DNA from: Myxococcota bacterium
GTDB taxonomy: Bacteria > Myxococcota_A > SURF-8
Direction: 5' to 3'
Assembly (NCBI GenBank): GCA_963674735.2
Contig: CAXXQS010000001.1
Location: 1,536,001-1,600,000 of the forward strand
Length of the DNA: 64,000 bases
Of the stretch, positions 48,560 to 57,884 are shown piece by piece. Numbering within the stretch: position 1 is the first letter of the stretch; each line of letters starts with the position of its first letter. A program made the position numbers and the translations under genes. The notes beneath the pieces were generated by a model. The model was not told where the DNA came from. It did not search any database and saw only the letters and a list, made by a program, of their open reading frames with translations.

Positions 48560-49738
48560 TCAGCTCGGCAGGCGGATGCTCAGATCGCTGATCGGATAAC
48601 TGACGCACGGATGGATGTACCCGTTCAAGCGATCCGACTCGCGCACGCCGGTTTGCGGCGGCATAAATACCCGCCCGCTCAGCAATTTGGAACGGCAATA
48701 GCTGCATTCGCCCGATCGACAAAGCGCCGGAATCTGTCGACCCTGCCGCTCCAGCGCGTTTATCAGCGGCTCGCCCGCCAGAACGTCCATCGAACCGCCC
48801 CCTTCGATCTGCAAAGTAAAGCGCGAATCCGCCTTCACTTGCGCAGGCCATCCGGGCGTTTGCGTAATGTCTGCGGGCGGTCCGTAGGCTTCGCGGCGAA
48901 TGCGATGTTCCTCCACGTCCAGTTTCTGCAGTTCCGGAAGCACGAAATCATACAAGGCGTTCGGACCGCAGATAAATAGGGTTTTCCCCTTCAGCGGCCC
49001 GACATGCTTGCCGATGATGTGTTCAGTGATGAAACCGCGCACGCCACGGTAGTTTTCCTCGGGTTCGGATAACACCAGCGCGTAATTGAACTGCGGATTC
49101 TTGCGTGCGAGCCGATCGATAGCGGAACGAAAGATGGTTTCTTCCAGGTTCCGGCTGCCGTAAATCAAATGAATCTTCCGCGGCCAGCCTTTGTTGGCCT
49201 GATCGCGAAGCATACTCATAAACGGCGTAATCCCGCTGCCACCGGCGATAAAGACCCATTCGCCGCGCTCGATCAAGGGCTCGATATAAAAACGCCCGGC
49301 CGGTCCGCTGCTTTCGAAAGTCTGTCCCACCTGTGCATGGTCGAGCAGATAACCGCTCACGAAACCATCGGGTTTGACGCGCACGGTGAGATCCAAGGTG
49401 TCGTGCTGAGGCGGACTTGAGATGCTATACGGGCGGCTGGTGGCCACTCCGTTGACGCTCAGAAACAAATTGACGTATTGCCCGGCGCGAAAAGGCGGCA
49501 AGGGGCCGTCCACACGAGTGAAACGAAAGGTTTTCGTGCTGGGCGTTTCATCCACCGCTTCGACCAGCTTCAACTGCATTTTCTCAGGGTGCAGGCGCTC
49601 GACGGTTTCGCGCACCTGTTTGCGCCACTTGTCGGAGCTATAGTCCACCCCTTCGCCCTCATCCAGGCGTTTACGCTGCATGAGCTGGCGCGGTATTTCG
49701 AGCAAATCTTTCAACAGGGGAAACAGTTCGGCTGGCAT
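48560..49738 (-). CDS. FAD/NAD(P)-binding ferredoxin reductase with C-terminal 2Fe-2S domain
   Basis: FRAGQY, RPYSISS, AGGSGITPFMSM, ICGP, CRSGECSYC...C. Confidence 0.92.
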   Translation of the reverse strand: MPAELFPLLKDLLEIPRQLMQRKRLDEGEGVDYSSDKWRKQVRETVERLHPEKMQLKLVEAVDETPSTKTFRFTRVDGPLPPFRAGQYVNLFLSVNGVATSRPYSISSPPQHDTLDLTVRVKPDGFVSGYLLDHAQVGQTFESSGPAGRFYIEPLIERGEWVFIAGGSGITPFMSMLRDQANKGWPRKIHLIYGSRNLEETIFRSAIDRLARKNPQFNYALVLSEPEENYRGVRGFITEHIIGKHVGPLKGKTLFICGPNALYDFVLPELQKLDVEEHRIRREAYGPPADITQTPGWPAQVKADSRFTLQIEGGGSMDVLAGEPLINALERQGRQIPALCRSGECSYCRSKLLSGRVFMPPQTGVRESDRLNGYIHPCVSYPISDLSIRLPS

Positions 49739-49741
49739 GGC

Positions 49742-51277
49742 TCACCCATCCTGTCGTGTTTTCAATTTGACATTGATCACTTCACCGGCAATCTGACCCG
49801 AGAACATGGCAGGCGAAAATCCGCCCCCCGGCTTGGTCCAGGCCCCGACCTGGTAGAGTCCCGCCAGTGCGCCCCCCGGTCCGGGACGCAGGATCGTATG
49901 GTTGAAGGGCGTGTTATCGAAGCCATAGATGCTGCCGCCCAAGGTGCCCGCGTAGCGCATGTTGGTCACCGGCGTCGCCACCTCCACCACCTCCGCCGCA
50001 TCGCGCAGTCCGGGCAGAACGCGTTCCGCCAGATCCAGCATGCTTTCGGCGATGGTGCTTTTGGTATCCACATAAGCTTCGGGCGCGAGACGCGTCCAGG
50101 GATCGCCATAGACGAGCGCCGTCACGACAACGATGGACGTGCCCGGTGGCGAAACATCGGGAGAAACCGTGTTGTAGGCCGTCATGGCCACTTCGCCCGG
50201 CTCGCCGATCATGCGCATCCGTTCGTAATGCTCATCCAGATCCGCGTCGCGGTTGATGAAGGTTTCATGGTCGGCATAACCGAAGTCGGACAAAGGCTTG
50301 GCCAATCCGAGATACACATTGAAACTGCTCCCGGCCACCTCGGAATGCCGCAGTCCCTTCAGGTAGGTCTGGGGGATATGTTCGAGCCCGATCAACTCCC
50401 GGCAGGTGGTGATGGGATCGGCGTTGGAAACCACCACCTTGGCCCGCACCTCTTCATCCGCCTCCGTTATCACACCGACTGCCCGACCCTTATCGACCAG
50501 AATGCGCTTGGCGCCGTTGCAGAACATCACCTCGCCGCCGTTTTCCTCGATCACCTCGACGAAAGCATTGGACAAGGCCTGTGAACGGCCTTTGATGAAG
50601 GAAGCGCCATAGGTGACATAGGAGGCCAGCGCCACCGCGAAGTAGAAAAACGAAACCTTGGCGGGTCCGATCCCGAAATAGCCCCAGAGTTGCGACAAGA
50701 CCGCTCGGGCGCGTTCGTCACGCACATCCCGGTTGAGCACATCTCCCCAGCGGGAGAAGAAATACCGGGGAGTTGCACGAAACGTGAACGGCAATTTGGC
50801 CAGCGCCACCGCCTTTTTACTGCCGCGTTTATAGGCGAGACCCGACAGAACGTCGATCTCATCGAACACGGTGAAAACCCGCGCCATGAAGCGGCGAATT
50901 CCATCGGCGTCACTCGGGAAGGCACGGCACAGCGTTTCCGTATAGTTCTCGCGTCCCATCGACAGCCGAATGTCGAAATCCGGCAGAACCGAGCGATAAA
51001 GATCGCGGATAGTCAGAAACTCAACCTTTTTGTCGATACCCAAACGCCGGAGATAACGCAGCAACGAGCCGGGATTGTCGTCCGTCCCGATGTCCGACAA
51101 TTCATGCAGCGCCACTTCAAACTCGAAGCGTCCCCGCACAAAACTGGTGGCATACCCTCCCGGAACGTTATGCCGCTCCAACAGGAGGACTTGATGCCCC
51201 TTTTTGGCCAGGAAGGCCGCCGCCGACAAACCACCCAAACCGGCTCCGATCACCACGGCGTCAACTTGTCGAGCCAT
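49742..51277 (-). CDS. Phytoene desaturase / CrtISO / retinol saturase family FAD oxidoreductase
   Basis: VIGAGLGGL, ERHNVPGGYATSF.RG.FEF, ATP.TNMRY....GSIYG, GLYQVGAW..PGGG. Confidence 0.88.
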   Translation of the reverse strand: MARQVDAVVIGAGLGGLSAAAFLAKKGHQVLLLERHNVPGGYATSFVRGRFEFEVALHELSDIGTDDNPGSLLRYLRRLGIDKKVEFLTIRDLYRSVLPDFDIRLSMGRENYTETLCRAFPSDADGIRRFMARVFTVFDEIDVLSGLAYKRGSKKAVALAKLPFTFRATPRYFFSRWGDVLNRDVRDERARAVLSQLWGYFGIGPAKVSFFYFAVALASYVTYGASFIKGRSQALSNAFVEVIEENGGEVMFCNGAKRILVDKGRAVGVITEADEEVRAKVVVSNADPITTCRELIGLEHIPQTYLKGLRHSEVAGSSFNVYLGLAKPLSDFGYADHETFINRDADLDEHYERMRMIGEPGEVAMTAYNTVSPDVSPPGTSIVVVTALVYGDPWTRLAPEAYVDTKSTIAESMLDLAERVLPGLRDAAEVVEVATPVTNMRYAGTLGGSIYGFDNTPFNHTILRPGPGGALAGLYQVGAWTKPGGGFSPAMFSGQIAGEVINVKLKTRQDG

Positions 51278-51437
51278 TTCAAACTCCCTCGCGTGTTTTT
51301 CTGATTGGGCAACCAATGTCGATGCACATCGTTTCGCCCCGTTCATGATAACTTGACGGGGAAATTTTGCAACAACTAAAGGCGGGCAAGCCCGCCGGAT
51401 GCGCTCCGACAGGCGGAAGGCAGACTTGCCAAGCCGA

Positions 51438-53084
51438 TCAATCGACGGCGAAGCGATTGATGGCGTTGAAATAACGGGTTAGAAAGTTATCCGTCAACCG
51501 TGTCGGCAGCGCATTGAGCACCTCGTTGACCACCGCCATACGCTCCGGGACATCCTGACCTTCGATGCCCGCCTCGTGCATCAGTTCCCAGAATGCTTCA
51601 TCGTCGATTTCTTCAGGCTCGCGATCGATCACCCGCTCGATCAACCGTTTGGCAACCGCACTCGGAGGGATGCGTTTCGCCGCCTCCACCGCCTCGCGCA
51701 AGTCGCTCAACATGGCGTCGAGTTTCGGGACATTGTTCGCCTGGATGCTGAAATGCACGTTTTCCCGGTGCTCGCGATGACCAAATTGCGGCTGGATGAA
51801 CCATCCGCGCTTCTTCATTTCGTCGGCCAGGTTGAAGACGCTGAGGGTATCGCTGCTTACCGCCACCAGGTTCATATGCGGGTTGCCCATCACGCTCAGG
51901 TCCGGGAAGCGCTCCATGGCCTCGATAAAGTGGCGGGTGCCATCCAGCATTTGCTTGGCCAAACGCAAATAGCCTGCCTGTCCGAGAAAATTCATCGTGG
52001 CCCAGGCCGCCGCTACCGGACCGCCCGAGCGCGAGCTTTGAACGGCCTGATTGACGACGCAATAGCCCGTCCAGCCGGAGCAAGCGAAATACTGGTAATG
52101 TCGCAGCGCCGCATCGCGATGCAGCACAATAGAGGCGCCTTTCGACGCAAATCCGTATTTGTGTATATCCATCGACATCGTGCTGACACCCGGCACGGAG
52201 AAATCGTAGTCGGGCACTTCCACTCCCAGCCGCCGGAAATAGTGCAGTGCAAACCCTCCCACACAGGCATCGACGTGGAACAGCAGATCGTGATCCACCG
52301 CGATTTCTCCGATTTCGCGAATGGGATCCACCACCCCATGTGCGTAGGACGGCGCGGAGGCGACCAGCAGGATGGTGTTGTCGCCGACGGCCTCGCGCAT
52401 GGCCTGCGGATCGGCGCGGAAAGTGGCCTTATCTACCGGGGTCTGGACTATTTTGATGCTCAGATAATCGGCGGCCTTGTAAAACGCGGCATGGGCGGTT
52501 TCGGGCAGAATCATCTCCGGTTCGGTGATGTGAGGACGGTTTTTTCGCGCCCAGTTGCGGGCGGTTTTGACGGCCAGCATGATGCTTTCGGTGCCGCCGC
52601 TGGTGAAGTTGCCCACCACATCCGGTCCGGCGTTGACATGGGCTTTCGACATCTCGACCAGCTCGTTTTCCATGGCCACCACGCTGGGGGTCACGGTGGG
52701 ATCGAGCGGGTTGGACTTCAGAAATTTGAGATAGGCCTTGTGCTGCACCTCGTTGACCGCACGGCCCGCGTCGTAGTAATAGGCAAACACATGGCCCGTA
52801 CCACTCGGCATATCGAAAGACTGGTAGAAGTCGAGCATACCGAAAAGCGTATCGGCCGATAGCCCCTTTTCGGGGACCGTGACCTTTCCGCCCTTGCGAT
52901 AGCGTGACAGCACCATCAGCGGACCCAGCAGACGCGGAGCCAACGGCAGGTGCGCAGCGGCTTTGACCGCCCACGGGGCGCGAGTTTGCAAGGCATCCAT
53001 CATCGCCCCGGCCTTATCGCTCAGGCCTTTGTCTTGAATAACCGACTTAACTGAATTCACGAGATTTTCGGCAACTTGTTTCAT
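51438..53084 (-). CDS. Sphingosine-1-phosphate lyase-like group II PLP enzyme
   Basis: NPLDP, TSGGTESI, SAPSYAHGVVDPI, HVDACVGGF, DIHKYG (PLP Lys), SRSGG. Confidence 0.85.
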   Translation of the reverse strand: MKQVAENLVNSVKSVIQDKGLSDKAGAMMDALQTRAPWAVKAAAHLPLAPRLLGPLMVLSRYRKGGKVTVPEKGLSADTLFGMLDFYQSFDMPSGTGHVFAYYYDAGRAVNEVQHKAYLKFLKSNPLDPTVTPSVVAMENELVEMSKAHVNAGPDVVGNFTSGGTESIMLAVKTARNWARKNRPHITEPEMILPETAHAAFYKAADYLSIKIVQTPVDKATFRADPQAMREAVGDNTILLVASAPSYAHGVVDPIREIGEIAVDHDLLFHVDACVGGFALHYFRRLGVEVPDYDFSVPGVSTMSMDIHKYGFASKGASIVLHRDAALRHYQYFACSGWTGYCVVNQAVQSSRSGGPVAAAWATMNFLGQAGYLRLAKQMLDGTRHFIEAMERFPDLSVMGNPHMNLVAVSSDTLSVFNLADEMKKRGWFIQPQFGHREHRENVHFSIQANNVPKLDAMLSDLREAVEAAKRIPPSAVAKRLIERVIDREPEEIDDEAFWELMHEAGIEGQDVPERMAVVNEVLNALPTRLTDNFLTRYFNAINRFAVD

Positions 53085-53707
53085 TCGAACGACCTGTCAT
53101 TTAATTGAGTGAAATCGGTACTTGCGAGTCCCACGCGTACCAATTCGATTCCATCGCGGCCCAACTGCACGAGATCCTGTTTGCACCCCTTGCTGAACCA
53201 CTCATACAACACCGCCTCGATCGCCCCGAAAATGATCCCGGCGGCCAAACGCGCCTCATAATCCTCTCTGGAGCTTTTCCCGCGACTGGCGGCCAGCCGC
53301 TCGGAAATCACCACTTCCCATACGGCGTCATACTCCAACTGACGAGCCAGGAGGTGCAAAGACTCGTGAATGATCTTGCGTTGATCGGCCAGTTCCTTCT
53401 TGATACTCATGAAGTAGGCCGCCATGTCGAGCAGGCCTAACCGTACGGAATCGAAAGGCGTCTGCTCGGTTTCGTATTGCCCGATCAGGTCGCGCAACAT
53501 CTGGATGCGTTCATCCTGGTAAGGAAACACAACCATTTCCTTGGCCTTGAAATAGCGGAAGAACGTACTGCGCGACACCTCGGCCTCGGCTGCAATTTCG
53601 TCGGCGGTCGTGCCGTCGTACCCTTTTTTTATAAACAAGCGCGTCGCCGCATCGATAATCGCCTGACGCGCTTTTATTTTTTTTCGTTCCCGTAGCGAAA
53701 GCTCCAT
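53081..53707 (-). CDS. TetR family transcriptional regulator
   Basis: LRERKK...AA..LF..KGY..TT..EIA..A.VSRSTFFRYF..KE. Stop overlaps the lyase ATG. Confidence 0.95.
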   Translation of the reverse strand: MELSLRERKKIKARQAIIDAATRLFIKKGYDGTTADEIAAEAEVSRSTFFRYFKAKEMVVFPYQDERIQMLRDLIGQYETEQTPFDSVRLGLLDMAAYFMSIKKELADQRKIIHESLHLLARQLEYDAVWEVVISERLAASRGKSSREDYEARLAAGIIFGAIEAVLYEWFSKGCKQDLVQLGRDGIELVRVGLASTDFTQLNDRSFE

Positions 53708-53852
53708 GACAACCTCGTCGTTTGGTCGTTCCCGTGAAGAAAATCAGCCTGAAATTCGCCTCCAAGCGCCAGGCCATCGCGATTTGACATATCGCATCTA
53801 TTTGATTATTATCCGTTTAAGCGTTTCGTTTCAATTGAACGTCCGTCTCTTC

Positions 53853-53867
53853 TGAAACTCAGTGCCA
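53853..53867. promoter_or_regulatory. Putative TetR operator palindrome
   Basis: TGAAACTCAGTGCCA (TGnnACTnAGTnnCA) between divergent tetR and the SRPBCC gene. Confidence 0.45.
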
Positions 53868-53890
53868 TATATAGCACAACCAAGCGGGGA

Positions 53891-54640
53891 ATGCCCATGA
53901 AAAGCGCGCATCTGTTTTTAGTCTTTGTTTTTTCGTTGGCGATTCTAGGCGCACCGGTTTTCGCAGAAGAAGAGGAACCGGCATATCGCAATCCCAATCC
54001 GCATTTCAAACCGCTTTCCAAGGATGTGGAACAATCGCTGATCAAACAGAAGCTGGGTAAACCGCCCGCGTTGGACCCCAAAAAACTGGCCGACCTGAAA
54101 AAGGGAAAAGTGCTGGTCCGCGAAATCCCCAGTGAAACGAAGACAAAACGCTACGAAGCCATCGGAATCGTCAATCATTCACCGGCTATGGTCATGGCCT
54201 TCATGAAAGATTACCCGGCCAAACTGGGGATCTTTCCCCATCTGGAACAGGTCACGGCTAGTTGGAATGAAAACATGGCGACGGTGCATATGGTGCTCAA
54301 AGTTGCATTCAAGACCATCCGCTACCGCCTCAATTTTTTGCATTACGGCGATTATTTCATCGAGTTTGAATATGTCGAAGGCGACCTGAAAAACACATCG
54401 GGCTCGTATAAATTCTTTCCGATGAGCCAGGGCACGAAAACCTTAGTGGTTTACAACGTCTCGTCCGATCCGGGCATCCCGCTGCCGGATTTCATCCTGA
54501 ATCTGCTGACCAAAAGTTCGCTGCCCGACGTCATCGAGGCCATCGGTAAAGGCGCCGCGATGAAACAGAAAGAAGCGGATCTGAAACAGACGGCCGAAAC
54601 GGCGAAAACAACGAATACAGCGAAAAGCGACACTCCCTAA
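53891..54640 (+). CDS. Exported SRPBCC/START (polyketide cyclase-like) domain protein
   Basis: Signal peptide (VFA-EEE); DY....FP.L, VEGDLK...GSY, DPG.PLP.F..N.LT..SLP. Confidence 0.7.
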   Translation: MPMKSAHLFLVFVFSLAILGAPVFAEEEEPAYRNPNPHFKPLSKDVEQSLIKQKLGKPPALDPKKLADLKKGKVLVREIPSETKTKRYEAIGIVNHSPAMVMAFMKDYPAKLGIFPHLEQVTASWNENMATVHMVLKVAFKTIRYRLNFLHYGDYFIEFEYVEGDLKNTSGSYKFFPMSQGTKTLVVYNVSSDPGIPLPDFILNLLTKSSLPDVIEAIGKGAAMKQKEADLKQTAETAKTTNTAKSDTP

Positions 54641-54916
54641 ACCGCCCTTCCTAACCCGCCACACGTTCCAGGCGAAAGAAATGCGGACCGGAAGCTCGAT
54701 GTGCCTTTCGAATCGTTCCACCTTACCGGATTTTGCAATCCGCTTGACTTTGTTGTAGAATATCGGGGTCAGTCAACGAGCATCACTCTGACAACCGATC
54801 ATAATCGGATACCGTCCGAACGAACACGGCATCCATTTCGCATTATCACAGACAAACGTGGGGCCGATTGTCTTTTTAGGGGTACAAGCCGTCCATACGA
54901 AAGAAAGGATCCAGTC

Positions 54917-55387
54917 ATGAAAGCCTTGAAACTGGGAAGCCTGATCATCATGCTCACGACCATCCTCGCAGGTTCCGCCCTGGCTGCGGATGTTTTGTGC
55001 ACGACCTGCGGCGAGTATAAAAGCGAAAAGCAATGTGTCGATGCGACCGCAGCGGCCGAAGACGCCGCCAAGACCGCGGCCCAAGCCGCATTGATCGAGA
55101 AATTCGTCTCATCCAAAAAAACCGATTACGAATGCGGTAAAACCTACGAAACCTGCGAGAAAACGTGCCCCAAAAAACGGGCCCGGTCGGAAATCGTCAA
55201 CCGCGGCACGCAAACCCAGGTTCTGCAAAAGCCGGTTCTCGATCCACATCACAAACTCTGCCTGGACAACTGCAAGATTTCGCGCACCAAATGCTACCGC
55301 ATGCAAGAAGAAGGCGAGAAAAAATGGCGGGATCACATCACCGAAAAGATGAACGTCGAGTCCACCACCTGCAAACCCGCGCCGTAA
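54917..55387 (+). CDS. Small exported Cys-rich hypothetical protein
   Basis: AAGGA RBS, signal peptide ALA-AD, 10 Cys including C-x6-C-x3-C and C-x3-C-x6-C. Confidence 0.7.
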   Translation: MKALKLGSLIIMLTTILAGSALAADVLCTTCGEYKSEKQCVDATAAAEDAAKTAAQAALIEKFVSSKKTDYECGKTYETCEKTCPKKRARSEIVNRGTQTQVLQKPVLDPHHKLCLDNCKISRTKCYRMQEEGEKKWRDHITEKMNVESTTCKPAP

Positions 55388-55412
55388 ACCCTTCCCTGTT
55401 TTCAAACGTATC

Positions 55413-55440
55413 ACGCCCGGCCGCACAAGCCGGGCGTTTT
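55413..55440 (+). terminator. Rho-independent terminator
   Basis: acgcccggc-cgcacaa-gccgggcgt followed by TTT. Confidence 0.6.
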
Positions 55441-55600
55441 CCATTGGAAGACATCTTTTCAGGAACGATTAAGAATTTTTAACTCAAAGTCACAAGTATC
55501 CACTTTTTAATCGATCGATTCCATGATATATCGCCCAGACATATGGATCATGCAACAAGAACCGACGACTTTTCCAACTTATAAGGAAGAAAGCAATCAG

Positions 55601-57835
55601 ATGTCTGCAATACGTGTTCGCCCCTGGATATCCGTTGTCTTGATGTTTGTCCTGATGCTCGTCAGCCTGTCGACTTGGGCGCAAGAATCTTCCGAGCTTC
55701 CGACTTCCCCCGAAGCAAACGCCGCTCCCCCAGAGAAACCAGCAAACGATGCGGAGGCGAAGGATAACCGTGACGACGCGACCAGCCTGCCGGAGACCGT
55801 CGTCACCGCCAATCGCGTCGAAGAAGAGCCCTTTTTGTCTGGACGCAGCCTCGATATCGTCAGCAAAGACGAATTACGCGAACGTCAACCGAGGACGATC
55901 CCCGAAGCGCTCCGAGAATCTCCCGGCGTTTTCGTGCAATCGACCAACTATGGAGGCGGCTCTCCCATCATTCGCGGCATGGTCGGCCCCCAGGTGCTGA
56001 TTCTGATCGACGGCATTCGGCTCAACAACGCCGTCTTCCGCACCGGTCCGCTACAATATCTGAACTTGCTCGATCAATACGAAATCGAACAACTGGAAGT
56101 CGTACGCGGACCCGGCTCCATCCTTTATGGCTCCGATTCGCTCAGCGCCACCATCAACGCGCGTACCCACACCCCACGCGACCGTCGACAATCGGACCGA
56201 TTCGGCGCGAATTTCGAATTGGCGGGGCGTTACGGCAGCGCGGCACGGGATAAAACCGGCCACGGTCTCGTCGACATGGGGTATTCCTGGTTCGGGGCCA
56301 ATGCGTCCGTAACCTTCAAGGATTTCGATAACCTGGAAGGAGGCCGCGGAGTCGGAACACAGCCTTACACGTCCTATCAGCAGGTCAACGCCTCCGGCAA
56401 GCTGACCGCCCGCCTTTCCGAAGGATTTTTCGAGGATTGGACGGTGACACTGGGTTATCACCTCACCCGCATGACGGATGTCGGCCGTGCCGAACAACTT
56501 GAAAGCAAGCACAAATACAACTTGTACCAGAACGATCACGACCTTCTTTACGCCCGAACCAACATGATTTTCAGGCCGATTTCCACCAAACTCGAACTGA
56601 CGCTTTCCTATCAGCACTTTTTCGAAGACAAGCAGACCGACAACCTGGATGACGATCTGAACTACGTACAGAAAACATCGAACGACAAAATCACTGTCAA
56701 CACCATCGGCGTGGACGCTCAGTTTCACACCAACGTGCTCGATGATCGCCTGCGGCTGGTTTACGGCGCGGAATATCACAAAGATCTGATCGAGTCGTCC
56801 AATGAGTCGTTCGACCGCATCAGCGGGGCACGTTCACAAGGAGAAGCCGCCTACCCGGAAGGATCGGACTACGAACTGGGCGGCGCGTATGTGTCGGTGA
56901 ATGGCGAGGCCCTACCGACCGACTTGGATTTCGGGCTGCGCCTCACCGCCGGTTACCGTTTCCAGCATATGGGAGGAACCGCCGATGCCCGCGAGGATGC
57001 TCCGGCGGTCGACTACGGTAACCAGGCGCACATCTTCATGCTCGGCATCCAGGGTTCCTACAAACATCACTGGATGAGCGCCTTCACCTGGTCCCAGGGT
57101 TTCCGCGCCCCCAATATGGATGAGACGGTTTCCATCGGCGACCGTGGCGACTGGTATCAGGTTCAGAACGACGACCTGGGCCCCGAGCGCTCCGATACCT
57201 TCGAACTGCTCAACCGTTTCAACGTCTGGCGACTGAGCGGCAGTCTGGCCGGATATGTCACGTTGTTGTCCGATTTCATCCGCCGCGAACCGGCCACGCT
57301 CGATGGAGAAGAAACCTACAACGACCTGCCCGTCGTCAAAAACGCCAACGGCGGCCACGCCCGCCTGTACGGCTTTGAAGGCCAGCTTAACTTCAAGCTG
57401 TGGCAGGGTTTTTCTCTCGCCACCGCCCTCACGTACACCTATGGCGAAGAACTGCTAGACGACGACGCCCAGGCGGCGGATCCCCAGAACCGCAGCAGTC
57501 GTCCGCTTTCCAAGATTCCGCCGTTTTTCGGCAACGCCGGTTTGCGCTGGGACAAGCGTTTCAACAGCCATTACGCCTTCTTCGCCGAAACCTATCTGCT
57601 GTTCGCCTCCAAGCAAAGCCGTTTGTCCGACAACGACAAGCAGGATGTGCGCATCCCCGTAGGCGGTACCCCCGGCTGGGTGACCTGGAACGCCCGTTCC
57701 GGTCTGGACATGTACGACATGGCGAGCCTGGTTCTGAATATCGAGAACCTGACGAACACGAAGTACAAATACCATGCCTCCGGGGTCTATGGAGCCGGAA
57801 CCAACGCCATTCTCAGCGCGGAAATCCGCTACTGA
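55601..57835 (+). CDS. TonB-dependent outer membrane receptor
   Basis: Signal peptide, ETVVTANR TonB box, plug motifs PIIRG and EVVRGPGSILYG, GFRAPN, ENL.N..Y, terminal aromatic residue. Confidence 0.95.
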   Translation: MSAIRVRPWISVVLMFVLMLVSLSTWAQESSELPTSPEANAAPPEKPANDAEAKDNRDDATSLPETVVTANRVEEEPFLSGRSLDIVSKDELRERQPRTIPEALRESPGVFVQSTNYGGGSPIIRGMVGPQVLILIDGIRLNNAVFRTGPLQYLNLLDQYEIEQLEVVRGPGSILYGSDSLSATINARTHTPRDRRQSDRFGANFELAGRYGSAARDKTGHGLVDMGYSWFGANASVTFKDFDNLEGGRGVGTQPYTSYQQVNASGKLTARLSEGFFEDWTVTLGYHLTRMTDVGRAEQLESKHKYNLYQNDHDLLYARTNMIFRPISTKLELTLSYQHFFEDKQTDNLDDDLNYVQKTSNDKITVNTIGVDAQFHTNVLDDRLRLVYGAEYHKDLIESSNESFDRISGARSQGEAAYPEGSDYELGGAYVSVNGEALPTDLDFGLRLTAGYRFQHMGGTADAREDAPAVDYGNQAHIFMLGIQGSYKHHWMSAFTWSQGFRAPNMDETVSIGDRGDWYQVQNDDLGPERSDTFELLNRFNVWRLSGSLAGYVTLLSDFIRREPATLDGEETYNDLPVVKNANGGHARLYGFEGQLNFKLWQGFSLATALTYTYGEELLDDDAQAADPQNRSSRPLSKIPPFFGNAGLRWDKRFNSHYAFFAETYLLFASKQSRLSDNDKQDVRIPVGGTPGWVTWNARSGLDMYDMASLVLNIENLTNTKYKYHASGVYGAGTNAILSAEIRY

Positions 57836-57884
57836 TTCGAGGGGCAACCGGCGATTTTAAGCGTAAGGATTGGTTGAAGGTTTC

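Noticed and set aside
49742-51277. Carotenoid biosynthesis (crtI)
   Set aside because: No crtB, crtE or crtY nearby; family membership alone does not fix the substrate.
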